Shown: piece after piece, positions 47,383-55,005 of the stretch
How the letters are laid out: every line of letters starts with the position of its first letter
How positions within the stretch are numbered: position 1 is the stretch's first letter
Sequence record: PV340856.1
Direction: 5' to 3' (one strand)
DNA length: 64,000 nucleotides
The notes under the pieces: model-generated
The model's database searches: none
The model's input: only the letters and a program-made list of their open reading frames with translations
What the model was told of the DNA's origin: nothing
Program-made: the position numbers and the translations under genes

Positions 47383-47597
47383 TGACTGAACTTTTGACTT
47401 ATTATGTGATTGCGAGTCTTCTTTTTATTGGAGCACCAGCAATCTTTTTTATCATTGTCTTCATGCCTGCCCTACAAAACACCAAGGGTAGAATGGTTGG
47501 ATACAAAGACCATAAAACATATGGCGATTCTTCAATCTATGAAAATTCGCCAAGTGACCAAACAAACTTTCATCTTATTTTAGGAGAAAACACATGA
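47382..47597 (+). CDS. Small single-TM hypothetical protein
   Basis: TM followed by PALQNTKGRMVGYKDHKTYGDS. Confidence 0.7.
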   Translation: MTELLTYYVIASLLFIGAPAIFFIIVFMPALQNTKGRMVGYKDHKTYGDSSIYENSPSDQTNFHLILGENT

Positions 47598-47701
47598 ACG
47601 AAAACGCAGAACGTATTAATGGATTGGCAGCAATGCTGGGTATCATTGCAGCAATGGGTGCTTATGCTGTAACAGGACAAATCATCCCAGGTATCTGGTG
47701 A
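47594..47701 (+). CDS. hli: High-light inducible protein (short, 35 aa)
   Basis: Own translation MNENAERINGLAAMLGIIAAMGAYAVTGQIIPGIW. Confidence 0.93.
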   Translation: MNENAERINGLAAMLGIIAAMGAYAVTGQIIPGIW

Positions 47702-47817
47702 TGTTGGTTTTTGCTTTCTCCATGATCTTGGGATTTTTTATTGCAAGTCTATTACGACGAGATGATGACGATGACCAAGATGGGGGACTCATGCAACCAG
47801 TCACTATGCCAATTTAA
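47701..47817 (+). CDS. 38-aa TM peptide with poly-Asp and GGLMQPV tail
   Basis: Own translation; TGATG coupling. Confidence 0.6.
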   Translation: MLVFAFSMILGFFIASLLRRDDDDDQDGGLMQPVTMPI

Positions 47818-47852
47818 TTATACATAATAATATTGATTTAAATTTACGGAAA

Positions 47853-47999
47853 ATGCCTACAACACTTTGGGAAGACGTAACAACATTAAATGCTTTATAT
47901 GAAGAACTTTGTTGGGATCCTGAAGTTGAATTAGAATTCAAAGCGGATTTTGAAAACAATAGAATAATCGTACAACCTAAAAAAATCAAAGTTGAGTAG
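47853..47999 (+). CDS. 48-aa hypothetical protein
   Basis: Own translation MPTTLWEDVTTLNALYEELCWDPEVELEFKADFENNRIIVQPKKIKVE. Confidence 0.6.
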   Translation: MPTTLWEDVTTLNALYEELCWDPEVELEFKADFENNRIIVQPKKIKVE

Positions 48000-48017
48000 T
48001 AATACTCAACTTTTTTT
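47988..48017 (+). terminator. Intrinsic terminator upstream of the psbA promoter
   Basis: AAAGTTGAGTA-GTAA-TACTCAACTTT followed by a T-run. Confidence 0.8.
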
Positions 48018-48018
48018 A

Positions 48019-48079
48019 TTGACAGGATTTACTGACAGTGTTAGTATAAATACATCATCAGGTTACGAAACGTAACAAA
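48019..48079 (+). promoter_or_regulatory. psbA composite sigma70 + late promoter with HLR1-like repeat
   Basis: TTGACA-17-TAGTAT overlapping TATAAATA (48045-48052); GTTACGAA-AC-GTAACAAA at 48062-48079. Confidence 0.85.
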
Positions 48080-48084
48080 TGGTC

Positions 48085-48170
48085 GCTCCCCCTAAACCGA
48101 GACCTATAGGGAGAATAAACACGTCTCTAATACCCACACTGGAGGGTGGTGTGGGAATATCATAACTGTC
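48085..48170 (+). ncRNA. PhotoRC-II RNA motif-like psbA leader
   Basis: CTCCC/GGGAG stem, GAGAC/GTCTC pairing and CCCACAC/GTGTGGG hairpin directly upstream of psbA. Confidence 0.75.
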
Positions 48171-48205
48171 GCATCCCTAGCGATCTTTCTTACCCTTTTT
48201 CAAAA

Positions 48206-49285
48206 ATGACTGCTACACTTTCACGTTCAAATCAACAATCCTCTTGGGAAAATTTCTGCGAGTGGGTTACTTCAACTAACAATCGTCTTTATGTTGGTTG
48301 GTTCGGTGTTCTGATGATCCCAACTCTGTTGGCAGCAACTATTTGCTTCATCGTCGCCTTCGTCGCTGCTCCTCCTGTGGACATCGATGGCATTCGTGAA
48401 CCCGTTGCTGGTTCACTTCTCTACGGTAACAACATCATTTCTGGTGCTGTTGTTCCTTCTTCTAACGCAATTGGTCTTCACTTCTACCCCATCTGGGAAG
48501 CCGCATCTCTTGATGAATGGCTTTACAATGGCGGACCTTTCCAATTGGTTGTTTTCCACTTCCTGATCGGTATCTATGCATACATGGGTCGTGAGTGGGA
48601 ACTTTCCTATCGTTTGGGTATGCGTCCCTGGATCTGTGTTGCTTACTCTGCACCTGTTGCAGCAGCATCCGCAGTATTCCTAGTCTATCCTTTCGGTCAA
48701 GGTTCTTTCTCTGACGCAATGCCTCTTGGTATCTCTGGTACTTTCAACTACATGCTTGTCTTCCAAGCAGAACACAACATCCTGATGCATCCCTTCCACA
48801 TGCTAGGTGTGGCTGGTGTCTTCGGTGGTTCACTGTTCTCCGCAATGCATGGTTCACTAGTTACCTCTTCACTGGTTCGTGAAACCACTGAAACTGAGTC
48901 CCAGAACTATGGTTACAAGTTCGGTCAAGAAGAAGAGACCTATAACATTGTTGCTGCTCATGGATACTTCGGTCGTCTGATCTTCCAGTATGCATCTTTC
49001 AACAACTCTCGTTCACTTCACTTCTTCCTGGCAGCATGGCCTGTCATTGGCATCTGGTTCACTGCACTTGGTGTTAGCACCATGGCATTCAACCTGAACG
49101 GTTTCAACTTCAACCAGTCCATCATTGATGGTCAAGGTCGTGTCTTGAACACCTGGGCAGACGTTCTTAACCGTGCTGGTCTTGGTATGGAAGTCATGCA
49201 TGAGCGTAATGCTCACAACTTCCCTCTGGATCTTGCTGCTGCTGAAAGCACTCCTGTTGCTCTCACCGCACCTGCGATCGGTTGA
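48206..49285 (+). CDS. psbA: Photosystem II D1 protein (359 aa, uninterrupted)
   Basis: [62 protein letters not shown]. Confidence 0.99.
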   Translation: MTATLSRSNQQSSWENFCEWVTSTNNRLYVGWFGVLMIPTLLAATICFIVAFVAAPPVDIDGIREPVAGSLLYGNNIISGAVVPSSNAIGLHFYPIWEAASLDEWLYNGGPFQLVVFHFLIGIYAYMGREWELSYRLGMRPWICVAYSAPVAAASAVFLVYPFGQGSFSDAMPLGISGTFNYMLVFQAEHNILMHPFHMLGVAGVFGGSLFSAMHGSLVTSSLVRETTETESQNYGYKFGQEEETYNIVAAHGYFGRLIFQYASFNNSRSLHFFLAAWPVIGIWFTALGVSTMAFNLNGFNFNQSIIDGQGRVLNTWADVLNRAGLGMEVMHERNAHNFPLDLAAAESTPVALTAPAIG

Positions 49286-49286
49286 T

Positions 49287-49385
49287 ATGATTGATGGTAG
49301 TTTCAACCCCCTCACATTTGTGGGGGGGTTTTTCTTAGGTATTTCAACTCTCGCAATACCATTGATAGTCGTGGTATTATTGTAA
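49287..49385 (+). CDS. 32-aa hydrophobic peptide between psbA and psbD
   Basis: MIDGSFNPLTFVGGFFLGISTLAIPLIVVVLL; contains the psbA terminator hairpin. Confidence 0.45.
   Translation: MIDGSFNPLTFVGGFFLGISTLAIPLIVVVLL
49305..49333 (+). terminator. Intrinsic terminator after psbA
   Basis: AACCCCCTCAC-ATTT-GTGGGGGGGTT followed by Ts. Confidence 0.75.
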
Positions 49386-49407
49386 AGTTACTAAAGGTAA
49401 ATAATTA

Positions 49408-50463
49408 ATGGTCGCTTCAACACTACAACAACCAACAAGGGGGTGGTTCGATGTCTTGGATGACTGGCTTAAACGAGATCGCTTTGTCTTTGTGGGTTGG
49501 TCTGGACTCCTTCTTTTTCCCACTGCTTATCTTGCAATTGGTGGCTGGCTTACTGGCACAACGTTTGTTACAAGCTGGTATACCCACGGGTTGGCGTCTA
49601 GTTACCTTGAGGGTGCTAATTTTCTCACGGCAGCAGTGTCAACTCCTGCTGACGCTATGGGTCATTCTCTTCTTCTACTTTGGGGTCCTGAGTCTCAGGG
49701 AGATTTCGTCCGCTGGGTCCAACTTGGGGGACTCTGGGCTTTTGTGGCGCTCCACGGATGCTTTGCCCTTATAGGGTTTATGCTCCGACAGTTTGAAATC
49801 AGTCGTTTAGTAGGTATCCGTCCTTACAATGCTATTGCGTTCTCTGGTCCTATTGCTGTCTTTGTCAGTGTTTTCCTTATCTACCCACTGGGTCAGTCCT
49901 CGTGGTTCTTTGCTCCATCCTTCGGGGTGGCAGCAATCTTTAGATTCCTTCTTTTCCTCCAAGGATTTCACAACTGGACACTGAACCCCTTCCACATGAT
50001 GGGTGTTGCTGGTATACTAGGTGGAGCACTCCTCTCTGCAATTCATGGAGTCACAGTAGAGAACACTTTGTATGAAGATGGTGATCAAGCAAACACTTTC
50101 AAGGCATTCGACTCTACCCAAGAGGAAGAAACTTACTCGATGGTTACGGCTAATCGTTTTTGGTCACAAATTTTCGGTATTGCGTTTAGCAATAAGCGTT
50201 GGTTGCATTTTTTCATGCTGTTTGTTCCTGTTATGGGTCTCTGGACATCTTCCATCGGGATCATCGGACTCGCACTCAACCTTCGTGCATACGATTTTGT
50301 TTCTCAAGAAATAAGGGCAGCAGAAGATCCTGAATTCGAGACCTTCTACACAAAGAACATACTTTTGAATGAAGGACTCCGTTCCTGGTTGGCTCCAGTA
50401 GATCAACCGCATGAGAACTTTGTGTTCCCAGAGGAAGTCTTGCCAAGAGGCAACGCACTCTAA
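49408..50463 (+). CDS. psbD: Photosystem II D2 protein
   Basis: [49 protein letters not shown]. Confidence 0.99.
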   Translation: MVASTLQQPTRGWFDVLDDWLKRDRFVFVGWSGLLLFPTAYLAIGGWLTGTTFVTSWYTHGLASSYLEGANFLTAAVSTPADAMGHSLLLLWGPESQGDFVRWVQLGGLWAFVALHGCFALIGFMLRQFEISRLVGIRPYNAIAFSGPIAVFVSVFLIYPLGQSSWFFAPSFGVAAIFRFLLFLQGFHNWTLNPFHMMGVAGILGGALLSAIHGVTVENTLYEDGDQANTFKAFDSTQEEETYSMVTANRFWSQIFGIAFSNKRWLHFFMLFVPVMGLWTSSIGIIGLALNLRAYDFVSQEIRAAEDPEFETFYTKNILLNEGLRSWLAPVDQPHENFVFPEEVLPRGNAL

Positions 50464-50483
50464 ACCACTTCCATAATCGTCAC

Positions 50484-50510
50484 AGCACTCCTTGCACGGG
50501 GTGCTTTTTT
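50484..50510 (+). terminator. Intrinsic terminator after psbD
   Basis: AGCACTCC-TTGCAC-GGGGTGCT followed by Ts. Confidence 0.75.
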
Positions 50511-50683
50511 ATTGTATAATACACTCATACACAGGTGTCTGGGGTTGGATGGACAGTCAATTAGACAAACGCTGGAAAGAGTTTCAGGAGAGTTTTAATG
50601 AAGAACAAGCACTGAAAGCACTAGACAAACTACATAAAGAGAATTGTAAAGGTATGAAGGAGTTGGCAGATGACACACTTTGA
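50492..50683 (+). CDS. Small hypothetical protein (start uncertain, possibly ATG 50549)
   Basis: Provided ORF; the annotated start lies inside the terminator. Confidence 0.45.
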   Translation: MHGVLFYCIIHSYTGVWGWMDSQLDKRWKEFQESFNEEQALKALDKLHKENCKGMKELADDTL

Positions 50684-50900
50684 TTACATCACAAAACATA
50701 TGCTTCCTGGTTGGGTTGAGTCTTGGACTTATAACTTCAGGATATGGGCAGATTTAATGACTAGTAACTACAAACCATATGCAAATCCTTGTGGTGAAAG
50801 TCCAGAACGAGAATGTTATGAATGGTTCTGGGTATCACTTAATCTGGATGATATATACACCAAAGCGTTTATTGAAGAACTTTTGCAAAAGAACGACTAG
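50670..50900 (+). CDS. Small hypothetical protein
   Basis: GGAG SD; Trp-rich 76 aa. Confidence 0.6.
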   Translation: MTHFDYITKHMLPGWVESWTYNFRIWADLMTSNYKPYANPCGESPERECYEWFWVSLNLDDIYTKAFIEELLQKND

Positions 50901-50953
50901 AAGACCTTTACAATCAAGATAAAGAGTGATATATTAAGAATGGATTTACTGGT

Positions 50954-50976
50954 AAGGACCTTCGGGTCCTTTTTTT
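50954..50976 (+). terminator. Intrinsic terminator with UUCG tetraloop
   Basis: AAGGACC-TTCG-GGTCCTT followed by Ts. Confidence 0.85.
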
Positions 50977-51012
50977 ATGACTCATATATAGAGGTAGTTG
51001 CAAACACTTCTA

Positions 51013-51336
51013 ATGAAGTTCTTTTTCGCACTTTTGGCTACACTTTTTCTTGCTGCACCTGCTTGGGCTGTAGACGTAATGATGGGCGCAGATGGTAACT
51101 TGGTTTTTGAACCGTCCGAAGTCAGCATTTCTGCTGGCGAGTCGGTTCATTTCGTTAACAACATGCTTCCTCCCCACAATGTTATTGTTGAGGATCATCC
51201 CGAACTAGATCACGAATCCCTCGCTTTGCTTCCTGGTGAAGAGTTTGATGTAACCTTCTCTGAAGCAGGAGACTATACTTATTGGTGTGCTCCACATAAA
51301 GGCGCAGGTATGATCGGCACAGTACACGTTTCTTGA
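51013..51336 (+). CDS. petE: Plastocyanin
   Basis: Signal peptide ending PAWA; LVFEPSEVSI; PPHNV; YWCAPHKGAGMIG type-1 Cu ligands. Confidence 0.97.
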   Translation: MKFFFALLATLFLAAPAWAVDVMMGADGNLVFEPSEVSISAGESVHFVNNMLPPHNVIVEDHPELDHESLALLPGEEFDVTFSEAGDYTYWCAPHKGAGMIGTVHVS

Positions 51337-51373
51337 ATTTTGTGATATAATTTGGGTACTTACTTTTCCTCTA

Positions 51374-51574
51374 ATGGTTGGGTTACCCAAATTTTTTGAA
51401 CAAACATCGGACAAACCTTACGATCGCCATCACTACAAAGTTGTAGGGAAAAATGGTGATTGTAGGGTTTTTGATTCTTATGATCTAGTCCAAGCTCTTT
51501 GGTTCCAAACATATAAAGGATTCCTGAGTCACGTTGAAGTTCTTGATATTAAAAAAGGAAAAGGATTCAAATGA
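51374..51574 (+). CDS. Small hypothetical protein
   Basis: FFEQTSDKPYDRHHYKVV... Confidence 0.7.
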   Translation: MVGLPKFFEQTSDKPYDRHHYKVVGKNGDCRVFDSYDLVQALWFQTYKGFLSHVEVLDIKKGKGFK

Positions 51575-51933
51575 AAAAGTATATTCCCCAAGAGTTTTGG
51601 TCTGTTTATGACTCTACTGGAAAAAAAATTGCTGACTGTGGTTGGGAAAGAGACGCTGCGTGGTTAGCAGAACGTCGCAAAGGAACTTACCGCAAAACAA
51701 ATCATGAACTTCCTGGACCAGTGGTTGATGTAACTCCATCCAAACAACTCCCCACAACTGAAATCGTTGTCAATATGGATGGCGGAGTTGGTGGTTCATG
51801 GGAGGAGAAAGAAGTAGAATATGAACACATTAATGATGATCCTCATGATGGTTGGTGGTTGAGACCAGAATATCGAGATGAAGTTCTGCCACAACTCCAA
51901 GAAAGTAACTTAGAACCCTTAGACCTAAAATGA
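51571..51933 (+). CDS. Hypothetical protein
   Basis: YSVYD..GKKIADCG.ERDA-type N-terminus; ATGA overlaps. Confidence 0.7.
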   Translation: MKKYIPQEFWSVYDSTGKKIADCGWERDAAWLAERRKGTYRKTNHELPGPVVDVTPSKQLPTTEIVVNMDGGVGGSWEEKEVEYEHINDDPHDGWWLRPEYRDEVLPQLQESNLEPLDLK

Positions 51934-52166
51934 ATGCAGTAGTATACACAAAAGATAATTGTCAATGGTGTGATAGAGTCAAGTCTCTTCTTAATGCTTT
52001 GAACATTGACTATCTAGAGTATAAGTATGAAAAACATTTCACTAAGAAACAGTTTTATGCTGAGTTTGGTGAAGAAGCAACATTTCCCCAGGTTTCAATC
52101 GACAACAATTACATTGGTGGATGCAAAGAAACCCTAAATTACTTTAAGACAAAGGAATTAATCTGA
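51930..52166 (+). CDS. grx: Glutaredoxin
   Basis: YTKDNCQWC; TFPQV; YIGG. Confidence 0.92.
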   Translation: MNAVVYTKDNCQWCDRVKSLLNALNIDYLEYKYEKHFTKKQFYAEFGEEATFPQVSIDNNYIGGCKETLNYFKTKELI

Positions 52167-52423
52167 TGGAAGAAAAACTAGATCTCATTCTCCTTCGTAT
52201 TAAAATGCTCGAAGGACAATTGGTTGAACTAAAACAGACTCTTGATGCTCATCGTCATGAACATACCGCAATGCAACACCCAGGAATTGCTGCTCAGATG
52301 AGAGGTGGTGATGCTGGCGTGGGTGGAATGGGAATGGGTCCTGGTGGATTCCCCCCTGGAGCAGGAGGTTATCAGGAACAACAGTCTCCTGGTGGTAGTT
52401 CATACGGTCCTCCTGGTATGTAA
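52166..52423 (+). CDS. Coiled-coil plus Gly/Pro/Met-rich low-complexity protein
   Basis: TGATG coupling; GGMGMGPGGFPPGAGGYQ. Confidence 0.65.
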   Translation: MEEKLDLILLRIKMLEGQLVELKQTLDAHRHEHTAMQHPGIAAQMRGGDAGVGGMGMGPGGFPPGAGGYQEQQSPGGSSYGPPGM

Positions 52424-52489
52424 AATCAGCTTTTGTTTTCAAAAAAGCTGGAAAAAAAACTCAGGCAAAAAATTGAACTGTAGGGTCGA

Positions 52490-54010
52490 ATGAATTTATT
52501 GGGTCTTCGTGTATGTGCTCATGATGCAAATGTCACATACTGGGACGGAGAAAAAATTAGATATGCATCTTTTGAAAGACTTCTCCAATTAAAACATCAT
52601 GGTTTTGACAGTCTTTATGAATGGACTTCTATTCTAGATGAATGGGGAGTTGAACCATGGGAAGTAGAGGCCATTTGTATCACAATGGATACTCATGTGT
52701 ACTCTGAAGTTAATATTGATGTTTCCAAAATTGAAGAAGAGATTGAAATTGATGGATTTAGAGACTTTGGTTTCAAATGTCCAATTATTAGAATTGACCA
52801 TCATTACGCTCATACTTTGAGTTTTTGGCCGTTGGGCGTCGAACCTACGATCCATTTTGTTTTTGATGGGTTTGGTGATGATTGGATGTATCGATCTGTT
52901 TGGAGGAAAGACTATCTTCTAGACTATGGTCGGCATGAATCCGTAAAATACGGATGTAACATGACTCCCAGTCCCAGTCTTGGATTTATTATGTCCTACA
53001 TGGGAGATTTGCTGGAGTTGAAGGGACATGAGTTAGATACTGCTGGTAAAGTCATGGCTATCAAGGCTTTTGGTAGACTTGGATGTCCTGGAGTCAAATT
53101 AATTGAAGGTATTGATAATCTTCATGAAGTTTGGAACTTTGATGCGGTCAGAAACTCATACCCGCATGATCTTCAGTGGATGGCAGATTTTATTGCTACT
53201 GCTCATGAACACACAGAACAAGTTTATTTGAAACATTTTCAAGAATTCATTAAACCTGATGATATTGTTGGATATAGTGGTGGTATTGCCCAGAATACAA
53301 TCATCAATAAAGTTCTGAGAGATAGTATTCCTAATTTGGTTATTCCTCCTCATGCAAATGATCAGGGATTGAGTCTAGGATGCGTTGAATACCTCCGAAA
53401 ACACTTCTCTGAAGCACCATTCCCTCGGGATGGTTTCCCCTACTGGCAGACGGACCAGGCACCCCCTCAGAGACCCTCTCAGGAGGTCATAAAGGACACT
53501 GCGGAGAGACTTGCTAGGGGTGAGGTTGTGGGGTGGTATCAGGGTCATGGAGAGGTCGGTCCTAGAGCATTAGGAAACAGAAGCATCCTTATGCGACCTG
53601 ATCTTGAAGATGGGAAAGATCTTATTAATAAGAAGGTAAAGAAGAGAGAACCTTTCCGACCATTTGGTGCTTCTATATTGGAAGAGAAGGTATCGCAATA
53701 TTTCTATTGGAATGGTCCATCGCCCCATATGTTGTATGTAACTGATGTTCTGGAACCAGACAGATTCCCATCAATTACACATGCTGATGGAACTTGTAGG
53801 CACCAGACTGTTTCTCTTGAACAGAATGAAGATTATTACAAATTAATTTCTGAGTTTGAAAAGTTGACGGGTATTCCAATGCTTCTCAATACCTCATTGA
53901 ATGTCAACAAAAAACCAATCGCGGGAAGGATTAATGACGTTATTGGAGTCTTTCGTAAGAGTGAAATGGATGCAATTGTTACAGGAAAAAAACTGATTGA
54001 TAAATCCTAA
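52490..54010 (+). CDS. O-carbamoyltransferase (NodU/CmcH/TobZ family)
   Basis: AHDAN, IDHHYAH, FDGFGD, GGIAQN, GPRALGNRSIL, VKKREPFRPFGASI, THADGTCR.QTV, LLNTSLN. Confidence 0.93.
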   Translation: MNLLGLRVCAHDANVTYWDGEKIRYASFERLLQLKHHGFDSLYEWTSILDEWGVEPWEVEAICITMDTHVYSEVNIDVSKIEEEIEIDGFRDFGFKCPIIRIDHHYAHTLSFWPLGVEPTIHFVFDGFGDDWMYRSVWRKDYLLDYGRHESVKYGCNMTPSPSLGFIMSYMGDLLELKGHELDTAGKVMAIKAFGRLGCPGVKLIEGIDNLHEVWNFDAVRNSYPHDLQWMADFIATAHEHTEQVYLKHFQEFIKPDDIVGYSGGIAQNTIINKVLRDSIPNLVIPPHANDQGLSLGCVEYLRKHFSEAPFPRDGFPYWQTDQAPPQRPSQEVIKDTAERLARGEVVGWYQGHGEVGPRALGNRSILMRPDLEDGKDLINKKVKKREPFRPFGASILEEKVSQYFYWNGPSPHMLYVTDVLEPDRFPSITHADGTCRHQTVSLEQNEDYYKLISEFEKLTGIPMLLNTSLNVNKKPIAGRINDVIGVFRKSEMDAIVTGKKLIDKS

Positions 54011-54035
54011 ATAATTTTGTCTTCAGCAGAAATGC

Positions 54036-54443
54036 ATGGAAGTTTTTAGCTCACCCGAAGATTATCTTTTTAATCTTCACACTTGTTCACCAGGAGAAGC
54101 TAGACGCATATGGAAAGACTCTATAAAACAATCTTTTGATTACAAATGTGCCTACTGTGGGTCACGGGAACATCTCACTCTCGATCACGTTATACCCCGT
54201 TTTGCAGGAGGCACCGACGAAACTAAAAATCTTGTTTGTGCATGTAATGACTGCAATAAAGACAAGTCCCATGAGGACTGGCGCACATGGTACAATAGAC
54301 AGTCATTCTATGATCCCTATAAAGAACAAAAAATTACAGAGTGGCAAAATCAAAACATTGGAAATTTCTCCAATTATATTGAAACGAAGCGGGCAGGACT
54401 AGTCTTGACCCGCAATAATTTTGTCTATAAAAAAAATAAATAA
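54036..54443 (+). CDS. HNH endonuclease
   Basis: CAYCG...TLDHVIPRFAGG...NLVCACNDCNKDKS. Confidence 0.92.
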   Translation: MEVFSSPEDYLFNLHTCSPGEARRIWKDSIKQSFDYKCAYCGSREHLTLDHVIPRFAGGTDETKNLVCACNDCNKDKSHEDWRTWYNRQSFYDPYKEQKITEWQNQNIGNFSNYIETKRAGLVLTRNNFVYKKNK

Positions 54444-54445
54444 AC

Positions 54446-54461
54446 TGTATCACATATTACA
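54446..54461 (+). promoter_or_regulatory. NtcA-box (TGTA-N8-TACA)
   Basis: TGTA-TCACATAT-TACA, an exact consensus match, 7 nt upstream of a -35 element. Confidence 0.65.
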
Positions 54462-54468
54462 TAACTAC

Positions 54469-54497
54469 TTGCCTATATATTCTATAGGGTCTATAAT
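54469..54497 (+). promoter_or_regulatory. Sigma70 promoter
   Basis: TTGCCT-17 nt-TATAAT; predicted start about 54503-54505. Confidence 0.75.
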
Positions 54498-54504
54498 AGA
54501 CCTA

Positions 54505-54737
54505 CGTTCATCCAATGATTAGTTTACTTCTGACATTGACCCTTGCCCATCATAATGACATCAACCCTTATGGGTGGCATATGTCATGTGAAAGGTTCCT
54601 CCAACGTCGTGTGGAGATTCAAATGGATCCTAACCTAGACCAACGGTCAAAGTGGGGTTTAATTGGGTATCTCAAGACAAAGGTGGAAGGTCAATGCGAA
54701 GGAGCTTATACATAGGACGCAAGTAAGTCGCGGAACG
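54505..54737 (+). ncRNA. Glutamine-II (Downstream-peptide) riboswitch-like unit 1 enclosing an ORF
   Basis: CGTTCA-TCCAATG[ORF]CATAGGA-CGCA-AGTAAGTCGC-GGAACG. Confidence 0.6.
54515..54715 (+). CDS. 66-aa secreted-type peptide with Cys pair, nested in riboswitch-like unit 1
   Basis: MISLLLTLTLAH...C25...C61. Confidence 0.75.
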   Translation: MISLLLTLTLAHHNDINPYGWHMSCERFLQRRVEIQMDPNLDQRSKWGLIGYLKTKVEGQCEGAYT

Positions 54738-54740
54738 GAG

Positions 54741-54946
54741 CGTTCATCCTATGATTGAGTTAGCACTATTAGCGAGTCTTAGTCGTGGTCCTCAACTGAC
54801 CTGCACTCAGGTCAGAGAAATTGCAGAAACCGTAGTGGAATCTGACATGACGGATCACGATAAAGAAAGATTTCTATCAAAGTTGTTTGGTAGATACATG
54901 ACGCTGAAGTGTCTCAAAGATTAGGACGCAAACGACTGAAGGAACG
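54741..54946 (+). ncRNA. Glutamine-II (Downstream-peptide) riboswitch-like unit 2 enclosing an ORF
   Basis: CGTTCA-TCCTA(TG)[ORF]TAGGA-CGCA-AACGACTGAA-GGAACG. Confidence 0.65.
54751..54924 (+). CDS. 57-aa secreted-type peptide with Cys pair, nested in riboswitch-like unit 2
   Basis: Own translation MIELALLASLSRGPQLTCTQVREIAETVVESDMTDHDKERFLSKLFGRYMTLKCLKD. Confidence 0.7.
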   Translation: MIELALLASLSRGPQLTCTQVREIAETVVESDMTDHDKERFLSKLFGRYMTLKCLKD

Positions 54947-55005
54947 GGAAAACGGATCCAGCGAAAGCTGAGAAGGTTAACTTTCCATTCATTCAGGTAC
55001 GACAA

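Noticed and set aside
48146-48205. N-terminal extension of D1 (379 aa)
   Set aside because: It overlaps the PhotoRC-II-like leader; ATG 48206 gives the standard 359-aa D1.
54036-54443. HNH as an intron-encoded homing endonuclease or cause of the nested-ORF structure
   Set aside because: It is free-standing, with no flanking split gene or group I intron core, and lies upstream of the promoter of the riboswitch array.
54505-54950. CRISPR-like or transposon-type repeats (CGTTCATCC / TAGGACGCA)
   Set aside because: There are only two copies, the 'spacers' are complete ORFs, and the repeat halves are mutually complementary, which fits an RNA fold rather than an array.
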